Source: an uncultured Halieaceae bacterium (lineage in GTDB: Bacteria; Pseudomonadota; Gammaproteobacteria; Pseudomonadales; Halieaceae). Taken from it: 59,441 nucleotides of DNA. The DNA lies in assembly GCA_913048575.1 (NCBI GenBank), contig CAJWWJ010000001.1, positions 1-59,441 of the forward strand, in the 5' to 3' direction. The position numbers and the translations under genes were made by a program. Positions 21,214-31,179 of the stretch are shown here, piece after piece. Each line of letters begins with the position of its first letter. The stretch's first letter is position 1. Below the pieces are notes generated by a model. It saw only the letters and a program-made list of their open reading frames with translations. It ran no database searches and was not told where the DNA came from.

Positions 21214-23151
21214 TTACTCAGAGGATGGCTGGTACCAGATTGGGGAGGTGTACGCGCGTTCCTGTATCGTATCAGGCCTGCGGGTATCGACATCACCGCC
21301 CAACGCGAGGGCATCGAGCAGTGAGTGCCTTGCAGTCGGTATCTGTAACACACGGACGTAGTAAAAAGCCGATTGCAGCGGATCAAAGGCCGGATCACGC
21401 CAGACCACTCGCAAGCTCGGCGCCCCAATGCTATTGGCCGTCAGCCCAGTCTGTAGATCAACCGTCGTGCCAACCGGCAGCAACGCACCCTCGTCATCCA
21501 ATCGAGAATCACCACCTGACCAAGCCACATCAACGATCTGCTCTTGTGTCTCCCCTGCGTCATCAAGCCAACCCTTGACCACCTGCACGCGATCAAGATA
21601 AGCGCCCCGCGGATCCGCTGAGGCCTCGATCATCAGGGTGAATTGATCACCTGACTGAGCCCCCTGTATTTCGCCTCCCATCGGCACAACATCAGCGGCG
21701 AGATTATCGGGGAAAGACGCTTGATCAAAACCAGACGCCGCCAAATTCAAGCCTGCAAACGTGCGCACCGCAATTCTTGGGCCACTCGTTGCATACACCT
21801 CACGCCGTCGCATCGCGGCCACAATGGCTTCACGAGTGTTATCGGTCGCCCAGACCGCCGCCAGACCCGAGGCACTCATTCCCCAGCCAAACGTCCCACG
21901 AGCATCCTCAGACCATCCTCCGGCTTTTCGCGAGGGAATCGAATCGGTCGCCATTTTACCGTGAAAATTATCTTCCTCTGCCGAGGGCAGTGCCGTGTGG
22001 GCATCGGTAGAGCCAATGACGCCAAACTGATAGGGGTTAAAACCGATTTTTGCGTCCAGTTCGAGGCCCACTTTTAAGGCGCTGCGTACATAATCGCCCC
22101 TCTGCGGAACATAGTCTGTCCACTCGCGCTGAATGTAATAAGGGTAACGCTCGAAGTCTGCAAACGCGTCGCCGGGTGCCAGCACCGGGTGCGTCTCTGA
22201 ATCGCCCTTGATCTGGGTTATCTCAACAATCGGCTCCCAGTAGCGACGCACCTCAGCGTAATCTCGATCAATGGCCTCTCCGCGAAGGTCTCGCACATCA
22301 AACATTGACCCTTTCGAAATATTAGAGTTGTGCGGTACCGCAATAAAATCGCCGCCGGTAGCGCGGCTGGTCTCTTCTAACCAATCCCACAGGTCGCTGG
22401 GGAAAGAACTGTCATCAAAACCAAAAGGCGCAAAAGTTTGCGCCTGCTCTGCCGTAATATCCGAAATCACCACGCGGTGAAGATTTGCGCCCCCCGGAAT
22501 CAAAGAATATTCCCAGCCGATCAGCGCAGTAAAAACGCCGGGATCATTGTGCCGCTCCGCAGCATCAGTGATCAATTTCCAAGTATCGACCTCAACCGTC
22601 GGCTGCCGAGGGACCAACCCGCTGACCCGGTCTTCCTCCCAGCCCAACATCGCTTCCACCGCATTTTCTGCCGGTTTTGGCAACACGGTGGTAAACAACT
22701 CTCGACCAGTATCGTTATCTACCGCGTCACGTAATAAATACTGAACGATTCGCGTCCAAATCCGCTCCTTCCAACTCAGCCCCTCTGTGATCATCGGGTT
22801 CAAGTACAAGCTTCTGATAACACCTAAATACTCGGCGTGGTCTGAGACCACTAAAAAATCTAGCGGCGTGCCAATTTGAACCCTTGCTTTATGTCCGGGG
22901 TGAACCACCGGCTTTCCTTTTGCATAGTGGTATGCCGTGTCAGGCGTCGCCGTGAGGTTGCCATTGGTGAAGGCATCGGAAGAATAAGTGGAGTGCAGGT
23001 GAGTGTCTCCCCACAACAGCTGTCTCTCCCACGCCTGCGCCTGCGCCAAAGCAGACGGCCCGCATAACGACAGCATAGCCGCCACCAGCCCCGCCACTTT
23101 GAGTACAGAAGACGCACCAAACTGAGGCTCTTTCATTTTTATTGTTAGCAT
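21214..23151 (-). CDS. DUF3604 (PHP-like metallohydrolase), exported
   Basis: LLWGDTHLHS, LDFLVVSDHAE, NLHRVV, PHNSN, KGDSE, YATSGPR and IQERAYTSPIWY. AGGAG RBS before ATG 23151 and a signal peptide ending ALA. Confidence 0.88.
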   Translation of the reverse strand: MLTIKMKEPQFGASSVLKVAGLVAAMLSLCGPSALAQAQAWERQLLWGDTHLHSTYSSDAFTNGNLTATPDTAYHYAKGKPVVHPGHKARVQIGTPLDFLVVSDHAEYLGVIRSLYLNPMITEGLSWKERIWTRIVQYLLRDAVDNDTGRELFTTVLPKPAENAVEAMLGWEEDRVSGLVPRQPTVEVDTWKLITDAAERHNDPGVFTALIGWEYSLIPGGANLHRVVISDITAEQAQTFAPFGFDDSSFPSDLWDWLEETSRATGGDFIAVPHNSNISKGSMFDVRDLRGEAIDRDYAEVRRYWEPIVEITQIKGDSETHPVLAPGDAFADFERYPYYIQREWTDYVPQRGDYVRSALKVGLELDAKIGFNPYQFGVIGSTDAHTALPSAEEDNFHGKMATDSIPSRKAGGWSEDARGTFGWGMSASGLAAVWATDNTREAIVAAMRRREVYATSGPRIAVRTFAGLNLAASGFDQASFPDNLAADVVPMGGEIQGAQSGDQFTLMIEASADPRGAYLDRVQVVKGWLDDAGETQEQIVDVAWSGGDSRLDDEGALLPVGTTVDLQTGLTANSIGAPSLRVVWRDPAFDPLQSAFYYVRVLQIPTARHSLLDALALGGDVDTRRPDTIQERAYTSPIWYQPSSE

Positions 23152-23192
23152 GACGGTGACTCCTACCAGCCGCGATAAAACGTCAAATCGAT

Positions 23193-23987
23193 TTACTGCC
23201 CCTTCCAAGCCGGTGTTCGTTTTTCAAAAAAAGCCGTAATGGCCTCTTTTGAATCAGCACTACCGATACAAATACTTTGCAGCGCCGCCTCCTTTGAGAT
23301 CGTATCACTTAGGTTGTGTGCGGCGGAAAAATTAAGAGCCTCTTTCGTATATCGTAGCGCCAAGGGTGATCGCTCAGAAAGATCCTGTGCGAAAGCCATT
23401 GATGCCTGAGCGAAATCATCGTCGGCCAGCACACGATTAGCGAGCCCCCACTCCACCGCCTTCTCCGCACTGACTTTTTCGCCAAGCGCCATGAGTTCGT
23501 AAGCCCGCTTTGAACCAATGAGGTGCGGTAATAACCAGGTCGCGCCGCCGTCGGGGACCAAACCGATCCCCACGAACGGCTGATAGAGATAACTCGATTC
23601 GGCCATCAAAACGAGGTCGCAAGCCATCGCGTATGAGTAAGAAATCCCCGCACACGGACCGTTGACCGCCGCCACCCAGGGTTTGCGCGCATGGTGGATC
23701 GCCAGCACGCCCGGCTTGTATTCCGCGTTCAATTGATCCTCTACGCCCTCCGCACCTGAAAATCCAGACTCCTCCGTATCAGACAGATCTGCGCCCGCGC
23801 CAAAGGCCCTGCCTGCGCCGGTCAGCACCACCACCCAGATGTCTCGGTCAGCGTTAACCTCTTGCGCAGCACGAACGAATTCACGCCGTTGGGTCACATT
23901 GAAACTATTTAATTTTTCTGGCCTGTTAAAAGAGACTCGGGCAACTCGCCCCGCTCTCTCTACTAAAATCGTATCGTAATCACTCAT
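23193..23987 (-). CDS. Enoyl-CoA hydratase/isomerase (PaaG-like)
   Basis: NRPEKLN, AFGAGADL, AVNGPCAG and GLVPDGG crotonase motifs. Confidence 0.92.
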   Translation of the reverse strand: MSDYDTILVERAGRVARVSFNRPEKLNSFNVTQRREFVRAAQEVNADRDIWVVVLTGAGRAFGAGADLSDTEESGFSGAEGVEDQLNAEYKPGVLAIHHARKPWVAAVNGPCAGISYSYAMACDLVLMAESSYLYQPFVGIGLVPDGGATWLLPHLIGSKRAYELMALGEKVSAEKAVEWGLANRVLADDDFAQASMAFAQDLSERSPLALRYTKEALNFSAAHNLSDTISKEAALQSICIGSADSKEAITAFFEKRTPAWKGQ

Positions 23988-24020
23988 TACTCTCTCCTAA
24001 AACTTACTATTCGCTACGTG

Positions 24021-25163
24021 TTAATTGTTTTGGACCGCTGCACCCGAGGCCAGCAACGCGTCAACCTCAGTCTCCGATAAGCCCGACGCCTGAATCACCG
24101 AGATCGTATCGGCGCCAAGGGCTCGCGTGCTATGGCGAATGTTAGAGGGGGTTCGCTCAAAACGCGGCGCCGGTGACGGGTGCACTAGCTCATCCACTTG
24201 GGTATACACCGCACGCTCGATATTAGCGCCATATTCGGTGGCTTCTTGCATGGTTAATACCGGCGCAAAACACGCGTCGCTCCCCGACATGATCTGATCC
24301 CACTCATCTCGCGTTTTGGTCATCAGAACTGCCGCCAGCTTTTGCTTGAGATCCGGCCACTGAGTCACGTCATGCTGCGCCGCAAATTGCGGGTCACTAA
24401 TCTCCGCCCTCGCCATTAGCTCCGCATAGAACTGTGGCTCAATAGCGCCGACGGCAACATATTTCCCGTCAGCACACTGGTAGGTATCGTAAAAATGAGC
24501 CGCACCATCGAGCAGGTTCGACTCTCGCTCCTCTGCATTCCAGGTTCCCATCTGTTGAAATCCCTGCATCATCCACATGAGCTGTGCTGTCCCATCGACC
24601 ATCGCCACATCGATCACCTGCCCTTGACCCGAACGAGAGGCCTCCAGTAACGCTGCCAGTATCCCCGTTACCAACAGCATTCCGCCGCCGCCAAAATCAC
24701 CCACTAAGTTCAGTGGCACCACTGGCCTCTCACCTCGACGGCCAATAGCGTGCAATGCGCCGGTGATCGCGATGTAATTGAGGTCGTGCCCTGCGGCCTG
24801 CGAGAGCGGGCCCTCCTGCCCCCAGCCGGTCATCCGAGCAAATACCAATTTGGGATTCCTTGCCCGACACACCTCGGGGCCAATGCCCAGTTTTTCACAA
24901 ACACCCGGACGATAGGGATCGATTAAAGCATCCGCTCGCTCAATCAATTTCATGAGCGCTTCAAGGCCCGCCGGCTGCTTGAGATCTAAGACTACCGACT
25001 TTTTGTTGCGACCACTGATCGGCTCAGCCAGCTTAGGATCCAGAGCACCAGGTCGCTCAATACGAATGACCTCGGCACCCATATCGGCCAACATCATGCC
25101 CCCCATCGGTCCAGGACCAATGCCTGCAAGCTCGATTACCGTGATGCCACTTAAAGCTCCCAT
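24021..25163 (-). CDS. CaiB/BaiF family III CoA-transferase, alpha-methylacyl-CoA racemase-like
   Basis: ELAGIGPG, GHDLNY and LVGDFGGG match the catalytic His/Asp contexts of AMACR/MCR. Confidence 0.88.
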   Translation of the reverse strand: MGALSGITVIELAGIGPGPMGGMMLADMGAEVIRIERPGALDPKLAEPISGRNKKSVVLDLKQPAGLEALMKLIERADALIDPYRPGVCEKLGIGPEVCRARNPKLVFARMTGWGQEGPLSQAAGHDLNYIAITGALHAIGRRGERPVVPLNLVGDFGGGGMLLVTGILAALLEASRSGQGQVIDVAMVDGTAQLMWMMQGFQQMGTWNAEERESNLLDGAAHFYDTYQCADGKYVAVGAIEPQFYAELMARAEISDPQFAAQHDVTQWPDLKQKLAAVLMTKTRDEWDQIMSGSDACFAPVLTMQEATEYGANIERAVYTQVDELVHPSPAPRFERTPSNIRHSTRALGADTISVIQASGLSETEVDALLASGAAVQNN

Positions 25164-25174
25164 AAACCGCCCCC

Positions 25175-26350
25175 TCAGAAATTACGCTGGTTAAAGGGCT
25201 CGTATTGGTCACCCAAGCAATACCGACCAATAATCAATTTCATGATTTCAGAGCTGCCGGCATAGATCGTTGCGATTTTCGCATCGGCGGACTGTCGACT
25301 GATAGGGTATTCGTCCATGAAGCCTGCGCCACCGTGCAGTTGTAAGCCTTCATCCGCTACCCGCTGCTGTAGCTCAGAAGTCTTCAGTTTTGCCATTGCC
25401 GCATCTTCTGCGCTCAACGTGCCTTCGTTAAACGCCAGCGCCGACTGGTCGACGAAACACTGCGTAATATCCAGTTCGGCGCGGAGCTCCGCCATCTTAA
25501 ATTGAGTGTTCTGCATGGCGGCAAGCGGCTTGCCAAACACCTCACGCTCCTGCACGAAGGTCGCCGTCAGATCCCAAGACAATTGTGCCGAGGCTAGGTA
25601 ACCCATCGCCCCTAACAAACGCTCTTCAGCCAGCCCGCTCATTAGATAATAAAAACCTTGATGCGCCTCACCCAACACATTGGCCTTGGGCACCTTGACG
25701 TCGTTGAAAAACAACTCTGCCGTATCCTGCGCCTTCAGCCCCAGCTTCTTCAGATTCCGACCGCGCTCAAACCCCTTCCAATTGGACTCAACCAAAAACA
25801 ATGTCATTGCGTGGGGATTATTGTGTGGATCAGTCTTAGCTGCCACGACCACAAGATCACAGTTAATGCCGTTAGAAATGTAGGTTTTCTGACCATTGAG
25901 CACCCAATGATCGTCCTGCTCGATCGCATGCGTTCGCATGCCCGCTAAATTACTGCCCGCATCCGGTTCGGTCATCGCAACGGCTAACACAATGTCGCCC
26001 GAGACAGCGCCCGGTATATAACGCTGCATCTGCTCTTCAGTGCCAAAACGCGTAATGTAGGGCGCCACGATTCTGCTGTGCAGCGACCCAAACCAATCGG
26101 CGCACCGCGCGTAAGCCAGCTCTTCAATAATGACCTGCTCCCAACGGATATCGTAATCATCGAGGCCACCAAATCGCTCTTCTGGCCAAACCATCAAGAA
26201 CCCTTTCTCACCGGCGGCCTTAAAGATCTCTCGATCGACAATACCTTGCTCTCGGAAGCGCTCCATCTCTGGAACGACGGCTTCAGCGAGGAAACGTCGA
26301 TACGCCTCTCGGAACATCTTTTGCTCGTCAGTGAACTGTCTCGTGAGCAT
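25175..26350 (-). CDS. Acyl-CoA dehydrogenase (LCAD-like)
   Basis: AMTEPDAGS, NGQKTYISNG, LAEERL, QLHGGAG and IYAGSSEIMK motifs. Confidence 0.94.
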   Translation of the reverse strand: MLTRQFTDEQKMFREAYRRFLAEAVVPEMERFREQGIVDREIFKAAGEKGFLMVWPEERFGGLDDYDIRWEQVIIEELAYARCADWFGSLHSRIVAPYITRFGTEEQMQRYIPGAVSGDIVLAVAMTEPDAGSNLAGMRTHAIEQDDHWVLNGQKTYISNGINCDLVVVAAKTDPHNNPHAMTLFLVESNWKGFERGRNLKKLGLKAQDTAELFFNDVKVPKANVLGEAHQGFYYLMSGLAEERLLGAMGYLASAQLSWDLTATFVQEREVFGKPLAAMQNTQFKMAELRAELDITQCFVDQSALAFNEGTLSAEDAAMAKLKTSELQQRVADEGLQLHGGAGFMDEYPISRQSADAKIATIYAGSSEIMKLIIGRYCLGDQYEPFNQRNF

Positions 26351-26445
26351 CTCGGCTCCTTATTACTTTGAAATAATGTGGTTCACCGGCCACGATGGTG
26401 GCTGGGTAATAGTCAATCTCTCAACCTGCTGTTAACGCAAAACAC

Positions 26446-28152
26446 TCAGTCGGCAGAGTCCGGATCGAGCACTTCTTGCAACTCGCGCTTCAAAAACTTC
26501 CCGTTCGCGTTTCTCGGTAAAGGCTCGGCTAAAAACCAAATGTACTTGGGCACCTTGAATGCCGCTAACCGGGATCCCATGTGCTCTCGCAGTCCTGGCG
26601 CGTCTAGCATCGCAGCGGGCTTCAGATGCACCGCAACACCAACTTCTTCACCCAATCGATCATCCGGGACCGCAAAAGCGACGCCCTCGAGAACCGCTGG
26701 ATGAGTGTACAAAGCGCTCTCCACCTCCGCACCATAGATATTTTCACCACCGCGCAAGATCATGTCTTTTGCACGATCGACGAGATAGAGGAACCCGTCC
26801 TCATCAAAATAGCCTATGTCACCCGTATGCAGCCATCCATCAACAATCGTCTCAGCGGTTGCCTCAGGGCGATTTAAATAGCCTTTGATCACAGGAGCAC
26901 CCTTAACGCAGAGCTCACCCCGCTCACCAACGGGCAATGACTCGCCCGCCTCGTTAACAATCTTGCCTTCCAGCGTCGGCACCAACGGTCCGCAACTTTC
27001 TGGACGCGCTACAAACAAGTCGCCTGTCGTATAACTGGCTATGCCGCACACCTCGGTCATACCATAACCTTGCGCGGGCTTTGCGCGCTTCGTCGTCTCA
27101 ACGACTTTACTCGGTAAGTCGGGGTGCATTGCGGCACCGCCGCCGCCCAGTGAATTCAGGCTTGAGGTGTCATAGTCATGAAAATCAGGGTGCGCGAGCA
27201 GCTCCCGAGTCATCATGGGCACCGCGCTGAGGGTATTGATCTGCTCGCGTTCGATCAGCTTTAACGCCTCTTCAACATCCCACTTGTACATGAGCACCAA
27301 CTTTCCTCCGCCCACCGTGCCACCCTGCATCACACAATTGTTAGCAGTGACATGAAACAACGGGGTGGCCACTAACGACGTGGGCGGTGGGGCGGAAACC
27401 GGTGCCTCGACCGAGCTATCTCTATTGAGCGCTTGAGTGGTTGCAAAGATCTGCCCCATTGCTGCTACGTTCAACACATTGTGCACACAGCCTCGATGGG
27501 TTAACTGAGCGCCCTTCGGGCGGCCAGTGGTACCCGATGTATAGAAAATACAGGCATCGTCATTCGCATCAATAGGCTCCATCACCAGCGCGCCCTCGAT
27601 ACTCACCACGTCACGCCACTGCGTTGCCTGCACCGATGGCGCATCGTCTCTCACCGCCACCACCTCGATTTCACTGAAACGGTCTGCAATTTGCGCAAAC
27701 ACCTCTAGTCTGCGGTCATCGGCGATTAATAATCGAGGCTCCGAATCCTCGAGCGCGTAGGCCATTTCATCAGCAACCCACCACGCATTCATACCCACCA
27801 CAACAGCGCCTGCGGCAATGACGCCCCAGTAAGCCAATATCCACTCTGGATAATTGCGCATCGCAATAGCGACCCGGTCACCCGAACCAATGCCCTGGGA
27901 CGCGAGCCAAGCAGAAAAATTGGCGACAATCTGGCCCGCTTCGGCATAGGTCAGACGCTCATCACCATAGACAATGTATTCCTTATCACCGTGGCCCTGC
28001 CCCATCAGCCAGAGGTCACGAAGAGAGCCCGGTGCATGCTGATAGGCCTTGAGCGTGCAGCCGCCCTGCTCGATTGTGGTGAGCTCGAGAAACGCCTCGG
28101 GAGCGGTCACCATTGCCACCGCCTGCCGATAGTTGTCCATAACCTGACTCAT
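26446..28152 (-). CDS. Long-chain acyl-CoA ligase (AMP-binding)
   Basis: YTSGTTGRPKG, GYGMTE, WLHTGD and RGGEN; AGGAG RBS before ATG 28152. Confidence 0.92.
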   Translation of the reverse strand: MSQVMDNYRQAVAMVTAPEAFLELTTIEQGGCTLKAYQHAPGSLRDLWLMGQGHGDKEYIVYGDERLTYAEAGQIVANFSAWLASQGIGSGDRVAIAMRNYPEWILAYWGVIAAGAVVVGMNAWWVADEMAYALEDSEPRLLIADDRRLEVFAQIADRFSEIEVVAVRDDAPSVQATQWRDVVSIEGALVMEPIDANDDACIFYTSGTTGRPKGAQLTHRGCVHNVLNVAAMGQIFATTQALNRDSSVEAPVSAPPPTSLVATPLFHVTANNCVMQGGTVGGGKLVLMYKWDVEEALKLIEREQINTLSAVPMMTRELLAHPDFHDYDTSSLNSLGGGGAAMHPDLPSKVVETTKRAKPAQGYGMTEVCGIASYTTGDLFVARPESCGPLVPTLEGKIVNEAGESLPVGERGELCVKGAPVIKGYLNRPEATAETIVDGWLHTGDIGYFDEDGFLYLVDRAKDMILRGGENIYGAEVESALYTHPAVLEGVAFAVPDDRLGEEVGVAVHLKPAAMLDAPGLREHMGSRLAAFKVPKYIWFLAEPLPRNANGKFLKRELQEVLDPDSAD

Positions 28153-28357
28153 ACCTGTTGCGCTCCTCATAGCCGTGAGTGGGATGTGGTTCAAGTTGAA
28201 TTGATAAGCCCCAGCAAGATACCCTAATGACCTCCCGGCAACCAGTTCACCACAGCACCATTTTGGCCTGTATCATGCCGAGCGAATAAGCTGGGCTATG
28301 AAAACGCCACGGCCCGCGATCCACTCAACCACTATCGCCCTGTCAAAAAGGAACCCC

Positions 28358-29383
28358 ATGAGCGCACAAGAACTAGATCTAGCAAAACTTGAACCGTGGT
28401 TGCGAGAAAAGGTACCCCCATTCGAGGGCGCGTTATCCGCCGATAAATTCGCAGGCGGGCAATCCAACCCCACGTTCAAGTTGACTGCCGGCGAACAACA
28501 CTACGTCCTGCGACGCAAGCCGCCGGGCGAGCTGCTCGCATCAGCCCATGCCGTCGATAGAGAGTTTCGCGTGCTCGACGCCTTAGCGAACACGGACGTA
28601 CCCGTACCGAAGGTGGTAGCGCTCTGCGAGGACGACAGCCTGATTGGCTCAATGTTCTACGTTATGGAGCATTTAGAAGGCCGTATTTTCTGGGATCCCA
28701 CCGTTCCGGAGGTCGGAGACGCCGATCGCGCGGCGATCTACGACGAAATGAATCGCGTCCTCGCCGCACTGCACTCAGTCGATGTCGATGCGGTTGGGCT
28801 CACTGACTATGGCAAACCCGGCAATTATTATGCCCGGCAAATCGGCCGTTGGACAAAGCAATACCGGGCTTCAGAGACCGAGTCAGTCGCCGAAATGGAA
28901 GCGCTGATTGACTGGCTCCCGGATAATATCCCGGCAGGGGGAGAAACCATTGCGCTGGTCCACGGTGATTACCGGATCGACAATATGATCTTTCATCCCA
29001 CGGAGCCAAAAATCATTGGCATTCTCGATTGGGAGCTGTCGACACTGGGAGACCCTCTTGCAGACCTCGCCTATCAATTGATGGCGTGGCAGTTCCCCAG
29101 AGAGGGCGGCATGGTCGGGCTGGAAGGCGTAGAGCGCAGTGAGCTTATGATACCGTCAGACGAGGCGTATATTGAGGCCTATTGTCAAAGAACCGGCCGA
29201 TCAGGCATTGACCACTGGCCGTTCTATATGGCCTTTTGCTTTTTTAGAATCGCCGCCATTCTGCAGGGCATTAAGAAGCGCGCCTTAATCGGTACGGCAT
29301 CGAGTGCTGAGGCAGATAGTCGTGCAGTGATGGTCGGGCCTCTCGCCGCCCTCGGTGCCGGCTACATCAAGCAAAGCGCGTAG
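28358..29383 (+). CDS. APH-like phosphotransferase (ACAD10/11 N-terminal type)
   Basis: GGQSNPT, VLRRKPPG, SAHAVDREFRV, HGDYRIDN and LDWELSTLGDP motifs. Confidence 0.9.
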   Translation: MSAQELDLAKLEPWLREKVPPFEGALSADKFAGGQSNPTFKLTAGEQHYVLRRKPPGELLASAHAVDREFRVLDALANTDVPVPKVVALCEDDSLIGSMFYVMEHLEGRIFWDPTVPEVGDADRAAIYDEMNRVLAALHSVDVDAVGLTDYGKPGNYYARQIGRWTKQYRASETESVAEMEALIDWLPDNIPAGGETIALVHGDYRIDNMIFHPTEPKIIGILDWELSTLGDPLADLAYQLMAWQFPREGGMVGLEGVERSELMIPSDEAYIEAYCQRTGRSGIDHWPFYMAFCFFRIAAILQGIKKRALIGTASSAEADSRAVMVGPLAALGAGYIKQSA

Positions 29384-29435
29384 TGGTCCTGCCGCTCTTC
29401 TGCGCGCAATGGCGCGCCACCATTTTAGCGCCCGG

Positions 29436-31076
29436 CTACGCCATGGCGCCGCGTCGGCTCATACCGGATCTCTTGGCCGAGACGGTGCTGCTCTTTTGCA
29501 CTCGCTTATCGCGCCGGGCTTGACTGCTCACGCGGGCTGCACTCACCTCCGCTTTTAAGGCCTTCATTTGCACTGCGGTGGGTGGTGGACGGCGCCGGGA
29601 GCTTTTAGGCCGCCGATAGGTGCCGGGAGCCGGTCTTAAATCACCGTACTCGAACCGATGCAGAATCTCTTCCAACGTGCTCGAAATCCGCGTGCACTGC
29701 CGAATGGACTCTATCCGACTGTAGGCGGCTCGCTCACCCTCTCGCACCAGGGTTCGCAACTCCTGTTCACTTGGTTGCGTGATCAACTGCACTGGATTTT
29801 GTAAGCGAAACCTGGGGACTATGTTGATATCGCCCGAATACTCCTGATCAAGCAGCCCATGAACTCCGTGCAGCATCATATTGAATTTAGGCCAATTATC
29901 GCCATACCTCTTCGCGACACCACGATAAAAATTGAGCATTTCGCGGCCAATACCCATCCCCAGAGAGGTCGCCGCTTGCCGCAGCGGTCTTGCTTTATCG
30001 TCGCGGGGCAAAAACGCGCGGGCGATGGGGTTCACCATGCTGACAATGTAGTGGTTGGTTGAAAATAGACGGGACAGCCGCTTCGCGGGTAAATCGTCTG
30101 CGACTGAACCATCTACCCAGCGCCGCGCCGGAAGATACGGCTGCGCCTCTCCATGCTCGTTCTTCGCCTCCAGCATCACCGCCGGAAACACCCCGGGTAT
30201 CGCACAAGAGGCCATTGCCGCCGACCGGAGGTAGACATTGGGAGAAGACACCGCATTGAGTAATCGAGAGCGTTGATGCGGCTCCGCGGGCGCTACCGTA
30301 ATGCTGACCTGCCTGCCCGTTTTCGCATAGGCCTCTGCGAAAGTGAGATCGGGAATGGTTGCTTCGATGAGCTGAGCGGTGTCCTCGGCGGTAAAGCGAC
30401 CCCCTTTACCCGAAAACCATCGCCGAATGAAGTTCTTGGTGTCAGTTCCACCCGTTTCCATCAACCCGATAAGGTCGGCATCTTTCATCTCCTCATCGGT
30501 ATACGCGGCGAGTGCAGCAGCGACAATCGACCCGGCACTGGAACCAGACACCACACGAGGCAGTAGTCCTTGCCGCAATAATTCACCCACCACGCCCAAA
30601 TGCAAAAACCCGAGCACCCCTCCCCCACTCAGCATTAAGGCCGAGCGGCCGTAGCAGACATTACTGCGATAAAAGAAGTCTAATTTTTGCTGAGTTGGAA
30701 TCACATCGTCGGGCAACTCTGCAATCAACAGCAAGGCCTGGTCAATTTCCGTGATGTACTGCTCAATCAGAGTTTTTGTGCCCGCTTTTGCCTGTCGGTA
30801 CAAAACACTTTTGCCCATGCCGCCCATGTTGCCGTGTATTCCCTCGTTGAGGGAATACAACAGACCCGTCCAGTCTTTCTTTTTGCGAAATTTGCGAAGA
30901 CGATCCAACCGATAGCGGATCTGCGCGTGATCATACAGACTGGAGGCTTCCTCCTCACGCCACTCGGACATGCCCGTTAACTCATCGTGGGCTTGAGCTG
31001 CTTCTAGCCAGCCCTGATAAGACTCGGCAGAGTCCATCCCTTGCTCTAGTTCGCGTAGCTCAGTCTTGACAGTCAC
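29436..31076 (-). CDS. DUF3336 + patatin-like lipase (TGL3/4-like)
   Basis: LSGGG, GSSAG nucleophile and DGS motifs, with an N-terminal DUF3336 region (LNEGIHGNMGGMG). GTG 31076 follows a GAGGGGAG RBS. Confidence 0.88.
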   Translation of the reverse strand: MTVKTELRELEQGMDSAESYQGWLEAAQAHDELTGMSEWREEEASSLYDHAQIRYRLDRLRKFRKKKDWTGLLYSLNEGIHGNMGGMGKSVLYRQAKAGTKTLIEQYITEIDQALLLIAELPDDVIPTQQKLDFFYRSNVCYGRSALMLSGGGVLGFLHLGVVGELLRQGLLPRVVSGSSAGSIVAAALAAYTDEEMKDADLIGLMETGGTDTKNFIRRWFSGKGGRFTAEDTAQLIEATIPDLTFAEAYAKTGRQVSITVAPAEPHQRSRLLNAVSSPNVYLRSAAMASCAIPGVFPAVMLEAKNEHGEAQPYLPARRWVDGSVADDLPAKRLSRLFSTNHYIVSMVNPIARAFLPRDDKARPLRQAATSLGMGIGREMLNFYRGVAKRYGDNWPKFNMMLHGVHGLLDQEYSGDINIVPRFRLQNPVQLITQPSEQELRTLVREGERAAYSRIESIRQCTRISSTLEEILHRFEYGDLRPAPGTYRRPKSSRRRPPPTAVQMKALKAEVSAARVSSQARRDKRVQKSSTVSAKRSGMSRRGAMA

Positions 31077-31158
31077 GTACCACTCCCCTCGATCTCTGCC
31101 GCTGTGCGGATGTCCTAGCATAGGGCCTAGCTTCAGCGCACGCCAGCTTGACAGTCAC
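31065..31158. repeat. Perfect 12-bp direct repeat CTTGACAGTCAC (31065-31076 and 31147-31158)
   Basis: Read directly from the sequence; the core TGAC-A-GTCA is palindromic. Confidence 0.7.
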
Positions 31159-31179
31159 AAAAAGACCCTGATGGGTTGG

